Shown: positions 42,420 through 53,147, numbered from the stretch's first letter. The stretch: DNA of 64,000 nt from Candidatus Latescibacterota bacterium (GCA_965222605.1 OZ244960.1:4800001-4864000), one strand, 5' to 3'. Notes: generated by a model not told the origin, from the sequence alone. Program-made: numbers and translations.

Positions 42420-43340
42420 TCAAATGAGGCCATGTTGTTCCAGAAACTCGATAGTCATTTCTACGCATTTTTCCGGAAATTCGAGTGGCAGGAGATGGGT
42501 TGATTCGGGAATAAAGTCATAGTCCAGTATGGTAAGCGCAGCGAAGTGCATGCCGGGCAGAAATGAGAATGGGACGGTGGGGTCGGCGCCGATTGCTTTT
42601 GCGGGACAGGAAAGGCCCTGGCGTTCCATATTTTCGTACGCTTGCATTGTCCAGCCAAAGTAGTAGTCGCAGACTTGCGCTTCGTGCCCTCGCGGACAAC
42701 GCAATTCATATCCTCCGTCGCTGTCGGGGCGCAGCGTAGTCTGACTGAACAGCTCGATCACACCCGATTGGAGACGCTGGAACGTACGCGAACGCCTGAG
42801 GGATTCGTTAAAGTCCTCCAAACTATTGAATTTGACCGTGCGCTGGCGTGCGCGTTCTCCCATTGTGTATCCAATTTCTACATTGTCTTCGGGCGTGTTG
42901 CCGGAGGGACAAATGGGCATGTCGAGCAGCACCAGGCCCGCAAAGCCGTTTTTATCCCGCAGTTGATGCAGCAACGCGACCAACGCCGACATGGAATGAA
43001 ATATGCCAATAAGTGGTTTTGATCCAAAGTTGGTGTGGATCTCTTGTACGATGCTTTGGCTGTCGCTGACGAATGTGGGGATATTATGCGTTAGGCGGTC
43101 CCAGACTGGATTCCAGCCATGGCTGCGGAAATCATAGAGAATGATGTCAAAGCGATCGGTTAGCAGTGACCAGAATGGATAGTACAGATCAGCAGCGAGG
43201 GCGTTGCCGTGGCTGAAAACAATCCGAGGACCAGATGGGTTGCCGTGCCTGCGCAGCGTGATGGGTGCGCCGTCCGCCATGTGAACCTTCACAGTGTCCA
43301 AAGGCGTGGGTACGTTCCATTGTTCGGGTGATGTTGACAT
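42420..43340 (-). CDS. Alpha/beta hydrolase
   Basis: SHGN, DFRSHG, FHSMS nucleophile elbow, THLLPLE. Confidence 0.8.
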   Translation of the reverse strand: MSTSPEQWNVPTPLDTVKVHMADGAPITLRRHGNPSGPRIVFSHGNALAADLYYPFWSLLTDRFDIILYDFRSHGWNPVWDRLTHNIPTFVSDSQSIVQEIHTNFGSKPLIGIFHSMSALVALLHQLRDKNGFAGLVLLDMPICPSGNTPEDNVEIGYTMGERARQRTVKFNSLEDFNESLRRSRTFQRLQSGVIELFSQTTLRPDSDGGYELRCPRGHEAQVCDYYFGWTMQAYENMERQGLSCPAKAIGADPTVPFSFLPGMHFAALTILDYDFIPESTHLLPLEFPEKCVEMTIEFLEQHGLI

Positions 43341-43423
43341 TTGATTTTGTCATCTCCCAATGGTTGCAGTTGCCTGCTGTAATTGAGGGCGAAAGCGTCG
43401 TGACTGGCCGTCCAAAGGTTGAT

Positions 43424-44032
43424 CTACTGACAGCTATCGCCTAAAAAAAAGGGAATGCCCTGAAGCCATGTCTGAAAAGTAGCATTGAGCGGCGCGCATA
43501 GCTCCGTGTCTTGAAAGATGAATTCCTTTAGATTTGTCAGATTCGTCAGGCTTTGCGGGAGTGGGCCTGTCAAGATATTCTGGTCGAGATGCAGTCCCGT
43601 GAGGTTGGACAGGTTGCTCAATTTAGAGGGGACTGATCCACTCAACGCATTTCTGGAAAGATACAGGTCAGTGAGGTTGGTCAGATCGCCCAATTCGGAT
43701 GGGATCGGGCCATGCAGCTGATTGTCGGAAAGATTTAGTGTTTTGAGGTCGGACAGGTTGCCCAATGCCCCTGGAAGCTCGCCCGTCAGGTTATTGTTGG
43801 CAAGGTCCAGGTATATGATCTGTCCGTTAGAAATTGTGACACCATGCCAGGTCGAAAGGTCGTTGTCGGTCAGCCAATTTGTCTTGTTCGTCCAGTTTGT
43901 CCCATTGGTCGCATTGTACAGGGCTACCAATACATCGCGGTCTGCCGCCAGTGACTGTTCTGGCCCCGTGCTGTTATTCCCACAACTGAAAAGGAAAAGA
44001 AACAGCAGAATGTAAATGGGGAATGGTCGCAT
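43424..44032 (-). CDS. Leucine-rich-repeat lipoprotein (plant-specific-type LRRs)
   Basis: Lipobox FSC; DRDVLVALYNATNG..W cap; repeats LxLxxNxLxGxIPxxLGxL. Confidence 0.88.
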   Translation of the reverse strand: MRPFPIYILLFLFLFSCGNNSTGPEQSLAADRDVLVALYNATNGTNWTNKTNWLTDNDLSTWHGVTISNGQIIYLDLANNNLTGELPGALGNLSDLKTLNLSDNQLHGPIPSELGDLTNLTDLYLSRNALSGSVPSKLSNLSNLTGLHLDQNILTGPLPQSLTNLTNLKEFIFQDTELCAPLNATFQTWLQGIPFFLGDSCQ

Positions 44033-44226
44033 TATGCCATACTCAACAAAAAAAGGCCACCGAAAATGCGAAATCGATGACCTTTTTTAATACCTATCTT
44101 CTCATAGCGTTTTTTGAGCTTCCATATATGTTTGCAGAACTGCATTCATTTACCAAAAGGTGAAGTAAGTAATTGAACTATGAGCAAATTGACTTTTACC
44201 GTGGGAAGAAGTTCTGGTATGCGAGT

Positions 44227-45219
44227 TTATGGATTGTTGGGAGACGGTTGTTGAGGAATGGGTGGAGAGGTCGGAATAAGGATCTGCTGTTGTTGTTTAA
44301 CCCACATTTTTCCTGTATCGCTGGCAATGAATTTTAAGGAAGGTGTACGTTCAAAAATCAAGGTCATTAAATGGTATGCAGTTAGAACATAATTTTGTAA
44401 ATCTTGGTCTTTCTCAAGGAATTCCAGTTTTAGGCCGAGTTCCTTAAGCTTGTCCACACCAATCCTTTGACCATGAGCATGAATTTGACCGTGGTCAGGT
44501 GTATCTTCCGCATTGAAGTATGCCGCAATGGCATTGGTTTTCTTCCTTCTTTCTTTTTCATCTTCTATGTCTTTGAGCATTCTATTATTAAGCCAGTTTA
44601 CCACTAATTCTTTGCTGTATGTCAAAGCTTTGTCGGCTTCCAAAACAAGCGAAGGTCCCATATTCTGTAAAATAGGTGCCCAAAGATGTGCTAATTTTAT
44701 GTCATTTTCAATATCCTCTCTCGCCTTGTTAAATCCTTCCTGAATTGCTCTGGCTGAGTGGACTTTATTGCTAATGATGAACTGAGGATCAATCGGCCCA
44801 AGCTGACTCTGCTTACCGAGGATCAATAGATCGCTTGCAAGGCTTATCATCGCACCGCCAGACATTGCCAAGTATGGCACGATCACATCTATTCTACCAA
44901 ACTTAGCGTGTAAATACTCAACTATACTCTCAACAGCGTTCGGATCTCCGCCAGGGGTATGAAGTATCAGTACGAGACCCTTATTCGTCGGAGTGCCGGA
45001 GAGTGCGTTCATGAAACCGTTTATATCCTCTCTTGTAATGGACACATCATCATTGGCTTTTTGCAGAAAAGCCGATGCGTAGAAGATAACGGTAGCATCG
45101 TTACGGCAATTTGAGATAGCATCCAAATACTCTTTCAGTTGTTTATCAAGCCAGTTAGGGTCGGGCGTTTTGGATGCCTCTACATTGAACGCCTCTAAAA
45201 GTTCACTCCAAGAAGGCAT
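44227..45219 (-). CDS. SDH-family Clp-fold serine protease (S49-like)
   Basis: LILHTPGG, AMSGG, QLGPIDPQ, HGQRI. Confidence 0.82.
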   Translation of the reverse strand: MPSWSELLEAFNVEASKTPDPNWLDKQLKEYLDAISNCRNDATVIFYASAFLQKANDDVSITREDINGFMNALSGTPTNKGLVLILHTPGGDPNAVESIVEYLHAKFGRIDVIVPYLAMSGGAMISLASDLLILGKQSQLGPIDPQFIISNKVHSARAIQEGFNKAREDIENDIKLAHLWAPILQNMGPSLVLEADKALTYSKELVVNWLNNRMLKDIEDEKERRKKTNAIAAYFNAEDTPDHGQIHAHGQRIGVDKLKELGLKLEFLEKDQDLQNYVLTAYHLMTLIFERTPSLKFIASDTGKMWVKQQQQILIPTSPPIPQQPSPNNP

Positions 45220-45232
45220 GGATACTCCTGTT

Positions 45233-45427
45233 TTACTGGGTGCGAATTGTATTTGTCGTCAGAGGATGTTCCATGCTGGGAGGTTGATATTGCAATGGCT
45301 CCTCCTTCTGCATCGGCAACTTATAAAGCTCGCTGACTTCTACGTATTGCTGGTATTGCTTTTTGACCTTTTCTAATGTCTTCAGGTAATCATCTGAGAC
45401 GTTTTCTGTTTTAGTTCTTTCACTCAT
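45233..45427 (-). CDS. Small hypothetical protein co-transcribed with the protease
   Basis: AGGAGG RBS 7 nt before ATG; ends 13 bp upstream of the protease start. Confidence 0.6.
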   Translation of the reverse strand: MSERTKTENVSDDYLKTLEKVKKQYQQYVEVSELYKLPMQKEEPLQYQPPSMEHPLTTNTIRTQ

Positions 45428-45516
45428 GACATTTCCTCCTAATTAGACGAAAATATACATAATTCATTACAAATTGCAAGTTATCTGCAAACCTGTTTGA
45501 TGGCGTTCTACCTCGC

Positions 45517-45698
45517 CTACATCTCCACCATCGTCTCCGTATCTCCAACCGCGAGCGCGTTCATGTAAGCCAAGATCAGGTCGCGTGTGCGGTATTTTCT
45601 GAATGTTGTCTCATCTTCCCGCTGGATTATGGGAAATGTGCTCAAAACGTACCGGCGTCTTCCCGCGACAGGCTGTAGCGATGGAAGTAGAGCGCGTC
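45517..45698 (-). pseudogene. Second, diverged copy of the 3' end of the Type IIG RM gene
   Basis: Encodes YVLSTFPIIQREDETTFRKYRTRDLILAYMNALAVGDTETMVEM, matching the RM C-terminus at 47163-47345; carries a 1-nt indel. Confidence 0.88.
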
Positions 45699-47119
45699 TA
45701 TTCAATCCCCTGTCCCAGAAGTAGTTCATTCCAGTCCGGTTGCTTTTCCTCCTCAATGATTTTCAGGATGCCGCGACGGCATACATCTCTCGCCTGTTCA
45801 AGCCACTTGAGGTCTCCCTTCTTCTTATTGATTGCTTCTCCGTGGACGACGTTTGAGGCGGCTCTATAGAACTGTGTCAATACCCGTTGTATCTTTTTGC
45901 GTTCGGACCAGTCACTTCCCAAGTGCCATGCCCCTGTGAGCGCGAGCCGGAATGTGTGTCCTCCTGTGTTACGATCAAGATATAAAGCTTCCAGAGCGAT
46001 TCGAAGATCAATAAATTGGTCGGTTACTTCCAAGTCGGGACGCGTTGCTCTTATCCACCGACTGACAGCAGTTCTAAATCTGCGGTCACATCTCTTACGG
46101 CTATCAAGCACGCCGTGTATCTTCCATGCTTTCTTTAGGTCTTCCAGAGACAGGCTTGGTACCACATCTCTGTACGTTAGCATTGTCACGCCCGTGGAAT
46201 GATAGATGCGCCATCCTATTCTCTGTCTGTCATTAAAGAAGGGTCTTGGTCGCCAACTGTTGTTCTGATATTTACCTGAAAATGCGTTCACTTCTTCGTA
46301 ATCGTTCCAGTACAGTTTGGAGTGAACGTAGCTATCACATATGAGTGATAATGCTTCACAGAGAGTGTCTAACGATGCGACCCCCGGATCTGATAGGACA
46401 TGAGGACCTTTGTCCGTTGGTTGACTGTCCTGAAATTGGGAGAATACGGGGCACACTGTTGTATCGACTGATAACACAACTCTTTCCAAATAATCTCTAA
46501 CTGATGTTGAGGTATCTCTGGGCAAAGAAACTGGTAAGGCGTCCGACGATATGGGTAGAGGTGTCACGCGGACGCCATTACACAAATCGAGTTCTTGTTC
46601 GACAGTTACGCCGACGAGTAACGCTGAGGTAAGGTACATAAGCGGTTTTTCATCAATCCAATCGTAGAGTAACTTGGCTGCGCGATCAGGTCCCAAAATG
46701 GTTGCCCCCCTTATTAACCCCTTTGCTAAGTCGGATATAGTGGACACGTACTCGTATTTTTTAAATCCATTATTTTCCAACTTTATAGAACAATAATCCA
46801 CTGAGGGCTCGAACACAGGAAACAGGTGTCGGATGCGGTCGGTTTCTACCGTAATATAATTGGTCAGTAGTTCACGGAGTTTCCCGATCAGTTCTGTCAC
46901 CAGATGATCGGGACTCACTGGGCGGGCAGATTCTGCTTTGAGTCGTTCGTCGGAATCCCAACAGGCTCTTTCGAGTGTGTCACGCAACTGCGCCGGTGAA
47001 AGTTTGTCCAGTTTCCCGTCGAAGGTTATCAGCGTAGTTCCACCCGCAATTAGAGTCTGTCCAACTTCAAAGGATGTCTGCTGCACGATTTCATGCAGCA
47101 ACGTCGTCAGTTCTCTCAT
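45698..47119 (-). CDS. ApeA-like HEPN domain protein
   Basis: C-terminal FIDLRIALEALY...FRLA...FYRAASNVVHG. Confidence 0.7.
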   Translation of the reverse strand: MRELTTLLHEIVQQTSFEVGQTLIAGGTTLITFDGKLDKLSPAQLRDTLERACWDSDERLKAESARPVSPDHLVTELIGKLRELLTNYITVETDRIRHLFPVFEPSVDYCSIKLENNGFKKYEYVSTISDLAKGLIRGATILGPDRAAKLLYDWIDEKPLMYLTSALLVGVTVEQELDLCNGVRVTPLPISSDALPVSLPRDTSTSVRDYLERVVLSVDTTVCPVFSQFQDSQPTDKGPHVLSDPGVASLDTLCEALSLICDSYVHSKLYWNDYEEVNAFSGKYQNNSWRPRPFFNDRQRIGWRIYHSTGVTMLTYRDVVPSLSLEDLKKAWKIHGVLDSRKRCDRRFRTAVSRWIRATRPDLEVTDQFIDLRIALEALYLDRNTGGHTFRLALTGAWHLGSDWSERKKIQRVLTQFYRAASNVVHGEAINKKKGDLKWLEQARDVCRRGILKIIEEEKQPDWNELLLGQGIE

Positions 47120-47162
47120 AGTGGTTATTTCCTTTAATATCCATCATGCTGTATCTGGCTCC

Positions 47163-50100
47163 CTATACTTTCACCATTGACTCTGTATCCCCCGCTGCCA
47201 AGGCGTTCATGTAAGCCAAGATCAGGTCGCGCGTGCGATAGCGGCCGAATGTAGCCTTGTCTTTCTGCTGGACTATGGGGAATGTGCTCAGGACGTACTC
47301 GGCATCTTCCCGCGACAGGCCGTAGAGGTGGAAGTAGAGGGCGTCGAGACGGGCGCGCAGGTGGCGGCGTTCCTCTTCGTCCCAGATAAAGGGAGGGCCG
47401 TCGTAGCCGAGGTCACGGGCGAAGGGTGACATGTCGTGCGCGGTGTACGTGAGGCGGAGCACATGATCGCGGACGAGGTCGCGGGCGGTCTTGTTTCCGA
47501 ACTGGCGATTGTAATCGGCGGGTGCGATGACGGGAAGTTGCTCGACGATGAACCAATTTAGGTGTTGTCCTTGTACCTTCTGCCGGCCTACAAAATCGAG
47601 TGCAAAAGAATTGAGGCATGCAGCCAAGAGCCAAGCGTTTTCTCTATAAGTAGCTATCTCAACTGCATCAGGCATCAGGAGAGGCAATGTATTACCGAAA
47701 CCTGACCGCGGTACCACAGATGCGATCATGGTGCGAACATTCGTCGGTGCAGTTACGTCCTTGAAGGCCACAGCCCACCCCAAGCCTTCAGGCCATTCGG
47801 CTGCGTCCACGCTAACCCAAAACTGGGGATTAGGTAACCAATCTGGGTTGTTGTGTTCTTCTCTGGTAGTTTCTCGTGGCTGAGCGGGCCGGTTCAGGTT
47901 CTTCGGGTTGACTACGACGCTGGCAGCGCGATGGTCGAATGCCTGTACCATTTTGCCCTCATACAACGGCAAATATAGCTCTTTGCCCCGTTTATAGCAG
48001 TTACCTTCAACGGGGTAGAAACCCTCCTCATCTAACTGATCAGCAGTGTGAAAGAGGTGAGAGTCGGATGTCATGTTAAATAATCCCTGCATAAATCGCA
48101 CCGGCCATGCCTTGCATTCTTCACCTCCTGAGTAATCCACCAGTACCGGATGTTGTTCATAGATGCGGCGGGTGATGTCGACGTCGCGTCGGGTGCGAAA
48201 AATGGGTGCAGTGCCTGTGTTGGGATTTACGCGAGCGAAGTCATCCGGCGTCAATGGAAAACAGCGGTCCGGATCATTGATGGTTTTTGTGTCGTGAAGG
48301 AAGAAGGCGCATTCGGTCTGGCCGAACTTTCGCTCCTCGCCACCAAAGATGAGGGCACAGAATTTGAACGAAGCGTGGATATCCTTAAAGAAAATTTTCT
48401 TGTTTTCAAAATCGAACAGACTGCTTACTCGTCCGCTTGTGGAAACGGACTTGAAGAAGGGGACCGCGGTTTTGTCGGCGTAGATGCCCGATGGCGTGAA
48501 CAGGCCGACAAAGCCATCCGGCTTAATCAGGTTCATTGCACGCTCGACGAATAGCGAGTAAAGATTTATTCGGCCTCCGCTCAGAAGTGGATATTTGTCA
48601 GATAAACGTACGAACATGCGCATCTCTGCTGCGCGTTTCTTCATCATTTCATACTCTAAGGCGAGTTTGTCGTCTGCCTCTTTTTTCTGTTTAATCAATG
48701 CCTTTCGCTTTGCTCCAGTCGCCGCATGGGATATCTCTTCATCACGGGTTGCGAACCATTCTACCTCCGGCTGCTCAATGTGGTCCCACGGCGGGTTGCC
48801 AATGATCGCATCAAAGCCTCCTTGCGGGCAGGTATTTGTCCAATGATGCCAGACCCCTGGGAAAGCCACCTCCCAGTGCAGGAAGCCTTCCCGGTCGGCA
48901 ATAGCTCTGGCCTCGTGCCACAGTTTGGCAAATTGCGACCATGTGGTAGTATCGGAACTAGGCAGCGCGTCGCTCATGTGATCTGGCCCCCGGGCCAGAA
49001 GCTTGTACGCGACCTCTATATGCCGCCCGAGCGTTGTGACCAGTGGCCCTTCAAATGTGGCAAGTGCTCTCTTCTTCATCCCCGCCGTCAGGTAGCGATA
49101 GCCGCAGAGGAAGTCGAGAAGACCGCGGAGGTCTGCGGTTGTGTCCTCCACCCCATGGAATAGCAGAGCCGATTCTTGCACTTCGGCTATGTCAGCATCT
49201 GATTTTTCTTCAATGAGTTGCATGCTTTCCGTGGCCTTCTCTGCACCCGCGACGGTGGAACCGGCAAAAAGCCCTCCGCCCAACTCGCGCAAGTCCTGAA
49301 GTGCCTCTGAAACTCGCAACCCAAGCAGCGAGTCCCCACAGCGCAGGTGGTGGTCAAGGAAGGATAGCGGTGCGCCCACGGTAAAGCTGTGAAGCCACAG
49401 CGACACCTTGGCAAGTTCCACGGTTAGAGGGTTTTTATCGACCCCGTATATGCAGCGTTTGAGTACCATGCGACGAATGATAGCCTGATCGGTAAGCAGG
49501 GTCTCGTCCAGGATCCAGTCCGATTCTTTGGCTCTTTGAATGATCTCACTGCGAATCGTCTCCACACGTTTTACGAGCGGTGACACGTAGTTACCATTGA
49601 GCCAGTCTGGGACCGTAGGGACGTACTCGATTAACTCGGCGATGTAGTCAGATAAGAAATCTACAGCGGTGACCAGGAAGTGTCCGCTTCCCATTGCCGG
49701 GTCAAGTACCTTCAGATTCAGAACTGCTTCTGCCGGGTCGAGTTTTTGCAATTCGGCTTCTCGTTCTGCCTTGGGGCGGCGGATGCTCTTGAGCGAGACG
49801 GCTTTGTCTTCGAAGGCTTTGAGTCGCTCTTCTGCCAGCGGTTTCAGAGTGCGATCAACGATTAGATCGACGAGTTCTTGCAAGGTATAGAAACTGCCGC
49901 TGTCCTTGCGGGCGTAAGGGTTGAGACGGATGCTGATCTCGCCATCTTCGCGCACAGGCTCGTGCTCAAGCAGGCGTTCGTAGATGGAGCCGAGTTGCTG
50001 CGCGGACATATCGCGGTAGTTGACAAATCGATGCGTTCCATGCGGAACTTGGGCGTGACTTAGATTGTAAATGATAGGGGCGACTTTCGCATCGGGCAGG

Positions 50101-51200
50101 CGCACTTCCTCCAACATTGGAGCGGCTTTAGACGCGAATAGTCCCCCGTTGTAGGGCGGTAGGCCAATGGACGGATCCCCTTCGTCAATAATTCTAAAAA
50201 GATTGACGAGGCGATCGTAGTAGTTGGAGACTCTGGTGGAGAAAGTGTCTTTCTGTTCTGTCCTGCGTGCGATATCGTCCCGCACTTTTCGCAAGCCATA
50301 GTCGTCGTAACGCGAGTCGTTGACGGGCAGAAGGCCCCTGTCTTCGGCGTAGAGCACGAAGAGCAGTCTGTAGAGGAAGATCAGGGCGGATTCTCGGATT
50401 TGTGAGAGGGGTTCCTTTGTGGCGTCCGCAAGTGCCGAGACGAGATCGGGGAATACAAGTTTGAAGACAATGCTCGAAAGATCTTTGGCGACTTGTTCTT
50501 CGTATTGCCGTCCTTCTGCAAGTGCCGCTTCGAGGAAGGTAGTCGTTGCACCAGACTGACGTGTGAGGGCATCGCGGCGAAAAAGCAGATAAAAAATGCG
50601 GAGTTCGTCTTCATTGCCGGATTCGATAAGTGCAGCCAGGTCAGCCTCGTAGTAGCCGCTGACTCGGGGGCGGGCACGGTAGTCGTAGAGTCGCCAGACT
50701 CTGCCGTTGGTGAGGATGCCCCACCTAATTTGGCTCTCTGACTCGATATCGGCCGTTGCGAGGTATCTGAGGATTTGGCCGTGTGGCGAATTAGGCTGGA
50801 CTTTGTCGGTCTTGTCACGGGAATCCAGAGAAAGACCTAACCGCTTGCTCTCTTCGACTACTGTAGCATACTGAAAGCGTTCCCCGGCTTTGCGTTCAGC
50901 AGCACGTTGCTTGGAGTCAGCATCAGTGAAAAGTAGATAGTCGGGAATGTCCTCATTGCGGGCTGTGCCTTGCTGTGGCAGATAGTCCATCCATCCGAGC
51001 AACTTCAGAACAAGACAGATTAGATCCTGTTCGGTGACGGCTTCATTGGGATCTTTGAAGCGAGCAAATTTCTCGAATAGGTCCGAAATATCGGTACTGA
51101 ACTTGTCGAATGTATCTGGCTGGGAGACCGAGGTTTTCCACTCGTCTGTAGCTTTTATGCCGTCGGTTAGGAAGTAATGAGTGAATAATTGTCCGGGCAT
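47163..51200 (-). CDS. Type IIG restriction-modification enzyme (Eco57I-like fused nuclease/MTase/TRD)
   Basis: PD..VEESK nuclease, ILTNG, LGSIYERLL, VLDPAMGSGHF, GNPPW. Confidence 0.92.
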   Translation of the reverse strand: MPGQLFTHYFLTDGIKATDEWKTSVSQPDTFDKFSTDISDLFEKFARFKDPNEAVTEQDLICLVLKLLGWMDYLPQQGTARNEDIPDYLLFTDADSKQRAAERKAGERFQYATVVEESKRLGLSLDSRDKTDKVQPNSPHGQILRYLATADIESESQIRWGILTNGRVWRLYDYRARPRVSGYYEADLAALIESGNEDELRIFYLLFRRDALTRQSGATTTFLEAALAEGRQYEEQVAKDLSSIVFKLVFPDLVSALADATKEPLSQIRESALIFLYRLLFVLYAEDRGLLPVNDSRYDDYGLRKVRDDIARRTEQKDTFSTRVSNYYDRLVNLFRIIDEGDPSIGLPPYNGGLFASKAAPMLEEVRLPDAKVAPIIYNLSHAQVPHGTHRFVNYRDMSAQQLGSIYERLLEHEPVREDGEISIRLNPYARKDSGSFYTLQELVDLIVDRTLKPLAEERLKAFEDKAVSLKSIRRPKAEREAELQKLDPAEAVLNLKVLDPAMGSGHFLVTAVDFLSDYIAELIEYVPTVPDWLNGNYVSPLVKRVETIRSEIIQRAKESDWILDETLLTDQAIIRRMVLKRCIYGVDKNPLTVELAKVSLWLHSFTVGAPLSFLDHHLRCGDSLLGLRVSEALQDLRELGGGLFAGSTVAGAEKATESMQLIEEKSDADIAEVQESALLFHGVEDTTADLRGLLDFLCGYRYLTAGMKKRALATFEGPLVTTLGRHIEVAYKLLARGPDHMSDALPSSDTTTWSQFAKLWHEARAIADREGFLHWEVAFPGVWHHWTNTCPQGGFDAIIGNPPWDHIEQPEVEWFATRDEEISHAATGAKRKALIKQKKEADDKLALEYEMMKKRAAEMRMFVRLSDKYPLLSGGRINLYSLFVERAMNLIKPDGFVGLFTPSGIYADKTAVPFFKSVSTSGRVSSLFDFENKKIFFKDIHASFKFCALIFGGEERKFGQTECAFFLHDTKTINDPDRCFPLTPDDFARVNPNTGTAPIFRTRRDVDITRRIYEQHPVLVDYSGGEECKAWPVRFMQGLFNMTSDSHLFHTADQLDEEGFYPVEGNCYKRGKELYLPLYEGKMVQAFDHRAASVVVNPKNLNRPAQPRETTREEHNNPDWLPNPQFWVSVDAAEWPEGLGWAVAFKDVTAPTNVRTMIASVVPRSGFGNTLPLLMPDAVEIATYRENAWLLAACLNSFALDFVGRQKVQGQHLNWFIVEQLPVIAPADYNRQFGNKTARDLVRDHVLRLTYTAHDMSPFARDLGYDGPPFIWDEEERRHLRARLDALYFHLYGLSREDAEYVLSTFPIVQQKDKATFGRYRTRDLILAYMNALAAGDTESMVKV

Positions 51201-51276
51201 GTCAATTCCTCAGTAGCGTTGAAGGGCGAACCTGGATGTCCCCGAATGCTAGTCAGAATTTGGATATTATCAAGAA

Positions 51277-51307
51277 AACAGGCACTTAATGTACATAAGT
51301 GCCTGTT
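51277..51307 (-). terminator. Terminator after tRNA-Lys
   Basis: AACAGGCACTTA-N7-TAAGTGCCTGTT. Confidence 0.7.
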
Positions 51308-51313
51308 AGATTA

Positions 51314-51389
<76 letters not shown>

Positions 51390-51433
51390 GTTTTTTTGCG
51401 CGATTGAAAATGTAAAGAAGCCTGTGTGCGATG

Positions 51434-51907
51434 TCAAGTCTTGCGAACATAAGTTCCGCTGCGTCCACCGCTTTTTTGTAAGAGACAGATTTCTCTGATG
51501 ACCATGCCGCGATCTACTGCTTTGCACATGTCGTAAATGGTCAACAGAGCGACACTCACCGCGGTGAGCGCTTCCATTTCGACACCTGTGCGGTCGGGTA
51601 CTCGCACTGTCGCACGCGCTATAATGCCCATTTTATCTATCTCAAAATTGAGTTCAACGCCCGTAATGCACAGTGGGTGACACATTGGGATGAGGTCAGG
51701 CGTACGTTTGGCTGCCATGATGCCCGCAATGCGCGCTGTTTCCAGTACATTGCCCTTGGGCATATTTCCTCCGGTGACGAGTTGCAGGGTTTCGGGCTGC
51801 ATTTCAATTTTGCCCGATGCTGTTGCCTCGCGGTCTGTCACATCTTTGTCTGTGACATCCACCATCTTCACGGATCCCTGTTCGTCAATATGTGTCAATT
51901 TTGCCAT
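51434..51907 (-). CDS. moaC: Cyclic pyranopterin monophosphate synthase
   Basis: [29 protein letters not shown]. Confidence 0.96.
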   Translation of the reverse strand: MAKLTHIDEQGSVKMVDVTDKDVTDREATASGKIEMQPETLQLVTGGNMPKGNVLETARIAGIMAAKRTPDLIPMCHPLCITGVELNFEIDKMGIIARATVRVPDRTGVEMEALTAVSVALLTIYDMCKAVDRGMVIREICLLQKSGGRSGTYVRKT

Positions 51908-51923
51908 TGTCTGCACGCGCCTT

Positions 51924-53147
51924 TTACCAACTGTTTAGCAAAATGAGATCCAATTCTGTGCCTGCACGCACATGGGCATCTTCGGCATTGACTACGAATA
52001 AGCTGTTTGCGCGGGCCATTGAGAATAGATCAGCCGAGCCGTGGTGTCCGACCCATGTGCTTTGCCACGCGCCGTTTTTGTCTTGAACACTGTGCGCGGG
52101 TACAAATTGCTTTCGCCCGGGCGTTTGTCGAAAATCTGCACTGAGCACCGTGCGGACGGTGGGGAGGTGCAATTCTGTTATGCACTGCATTTTCCTGATT
52201 GCAGGGCGCATGAGCAATTCCAGACCGACCACAGAGGATACCGGATTGCCGGGCAATCCAAAGACCTGTCGGGAGCCTTTTACGCCAAATGTCAGGGGTT
52301 TGCCGGGTTTCATGCGGATGCGGTCAAATAATACTTCGACACCCAGATCCCGCATGCCGTCTTGTACCAGATCGTAATCGCCAGCGGAGACACCGCCCGA
52401 AAGGGCGACTATATCACAGGTCTCCAGACCTTCGCCAATGGTTTGTATCAATGCATGGATGTCGTCTTCTACAATGCCGAGATAACGCGCCTGCGCCCCT
52501 GAGCGCAAGACTTGAGCCATCATTGAGTATCCATTGCTGTTTCGAATTTGCCCGGGTTTGGGTTTGTGTTGTGGTTCAACCACTTCGCTGCCGGTTGCTA
52601 CAATGCCGACCACAGGCTGGCGATAGACCTCGACATGGATATGTCCCACAGCGGCGAGAATGCCAACTTCGGGGGGGCGTATGACCGTGTTGGCGTGTAA
52701 TACCACTTGATTGACGCGCACATCTTCACCGAGGCGGGCGATATTTCTGCCTGTTTCCGTGGTGTCGAGTACTCGCACCTTTTTGGCGTCTGTATGTGGT
52801 TCTGTATCCTCTACCATAATCACCGTATCTGCGCCATCGGGCACGGGTGCGCCTGTCATAATTTGAGATGCTTGCCCGCATTTCACGCGCTTTTGCGGCA
52901 CGGTGCCCGCTGGAATTTCTTCGATCACATCGAGTATGACCGGTGTATTTTGGGATGCGGATGCGATATCTGCTCCCTGAAGGGCATAACCATCCATGAG
53001 GGCTTTGTCAAAGGGCGGCATGTCGATATCCGAATGCACGTCTTCGGATAAAACGCGCCCGAGCACATCGTCCAGACCAACGCGGATTTTGTCAATTGCC
53101 TGGGTGTTTTCGAGTACAATGCGAATGGCGTCGTCCATTTCAATCAT
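51924..53147 (-). CDS. moeA: Molybdopterin molybdotransferase
   Basis: [37 protein letters not shown]; start after AGGAG. Confidence 0.94.
   Translation of the reverse strand: MIEMDDAIRIVLENTQAIDKIRVGLDDVLGRVLSEDVHSDIDMPPFDKALMDGYALQGADIASASQNTPVILDVIEEIPAGTVPQKRVKCGQASQIMTGAPVPDGADTVIMVEDTEPHTDAKKVRVLDTTETGRNIARLGEDVRVNQVVLHANTVIRPPEVGILAAVGHIHVEVYRQPVVGIVATGSEVVEPQHKPKPGQIRNSNGYSMMAQVLRSGAQARYLGIVEDDIHALIQTIGEGLETCDIVALSGGVSAGDYDLVQDGMRDLGVEVLFDRIRMKPGKPLTFGVKGSRQVFGLPGNPVSSVVGLELLMRPAIRKMQCITELHLPTVRTVLSADFRQTPGRKQFVPAHSVQDKNGAWQSTWVGHHGSADLFSMARANSLFVVNAEDAHVRAGTELDLILLNSW

Noticed and set aside
44100-51313. Integrative element or prophage at tRNA-Lys
   Set aside because: No integrase, phage gene or duplicated tRNA 3' end seen; treated only as a variable defence cluster.
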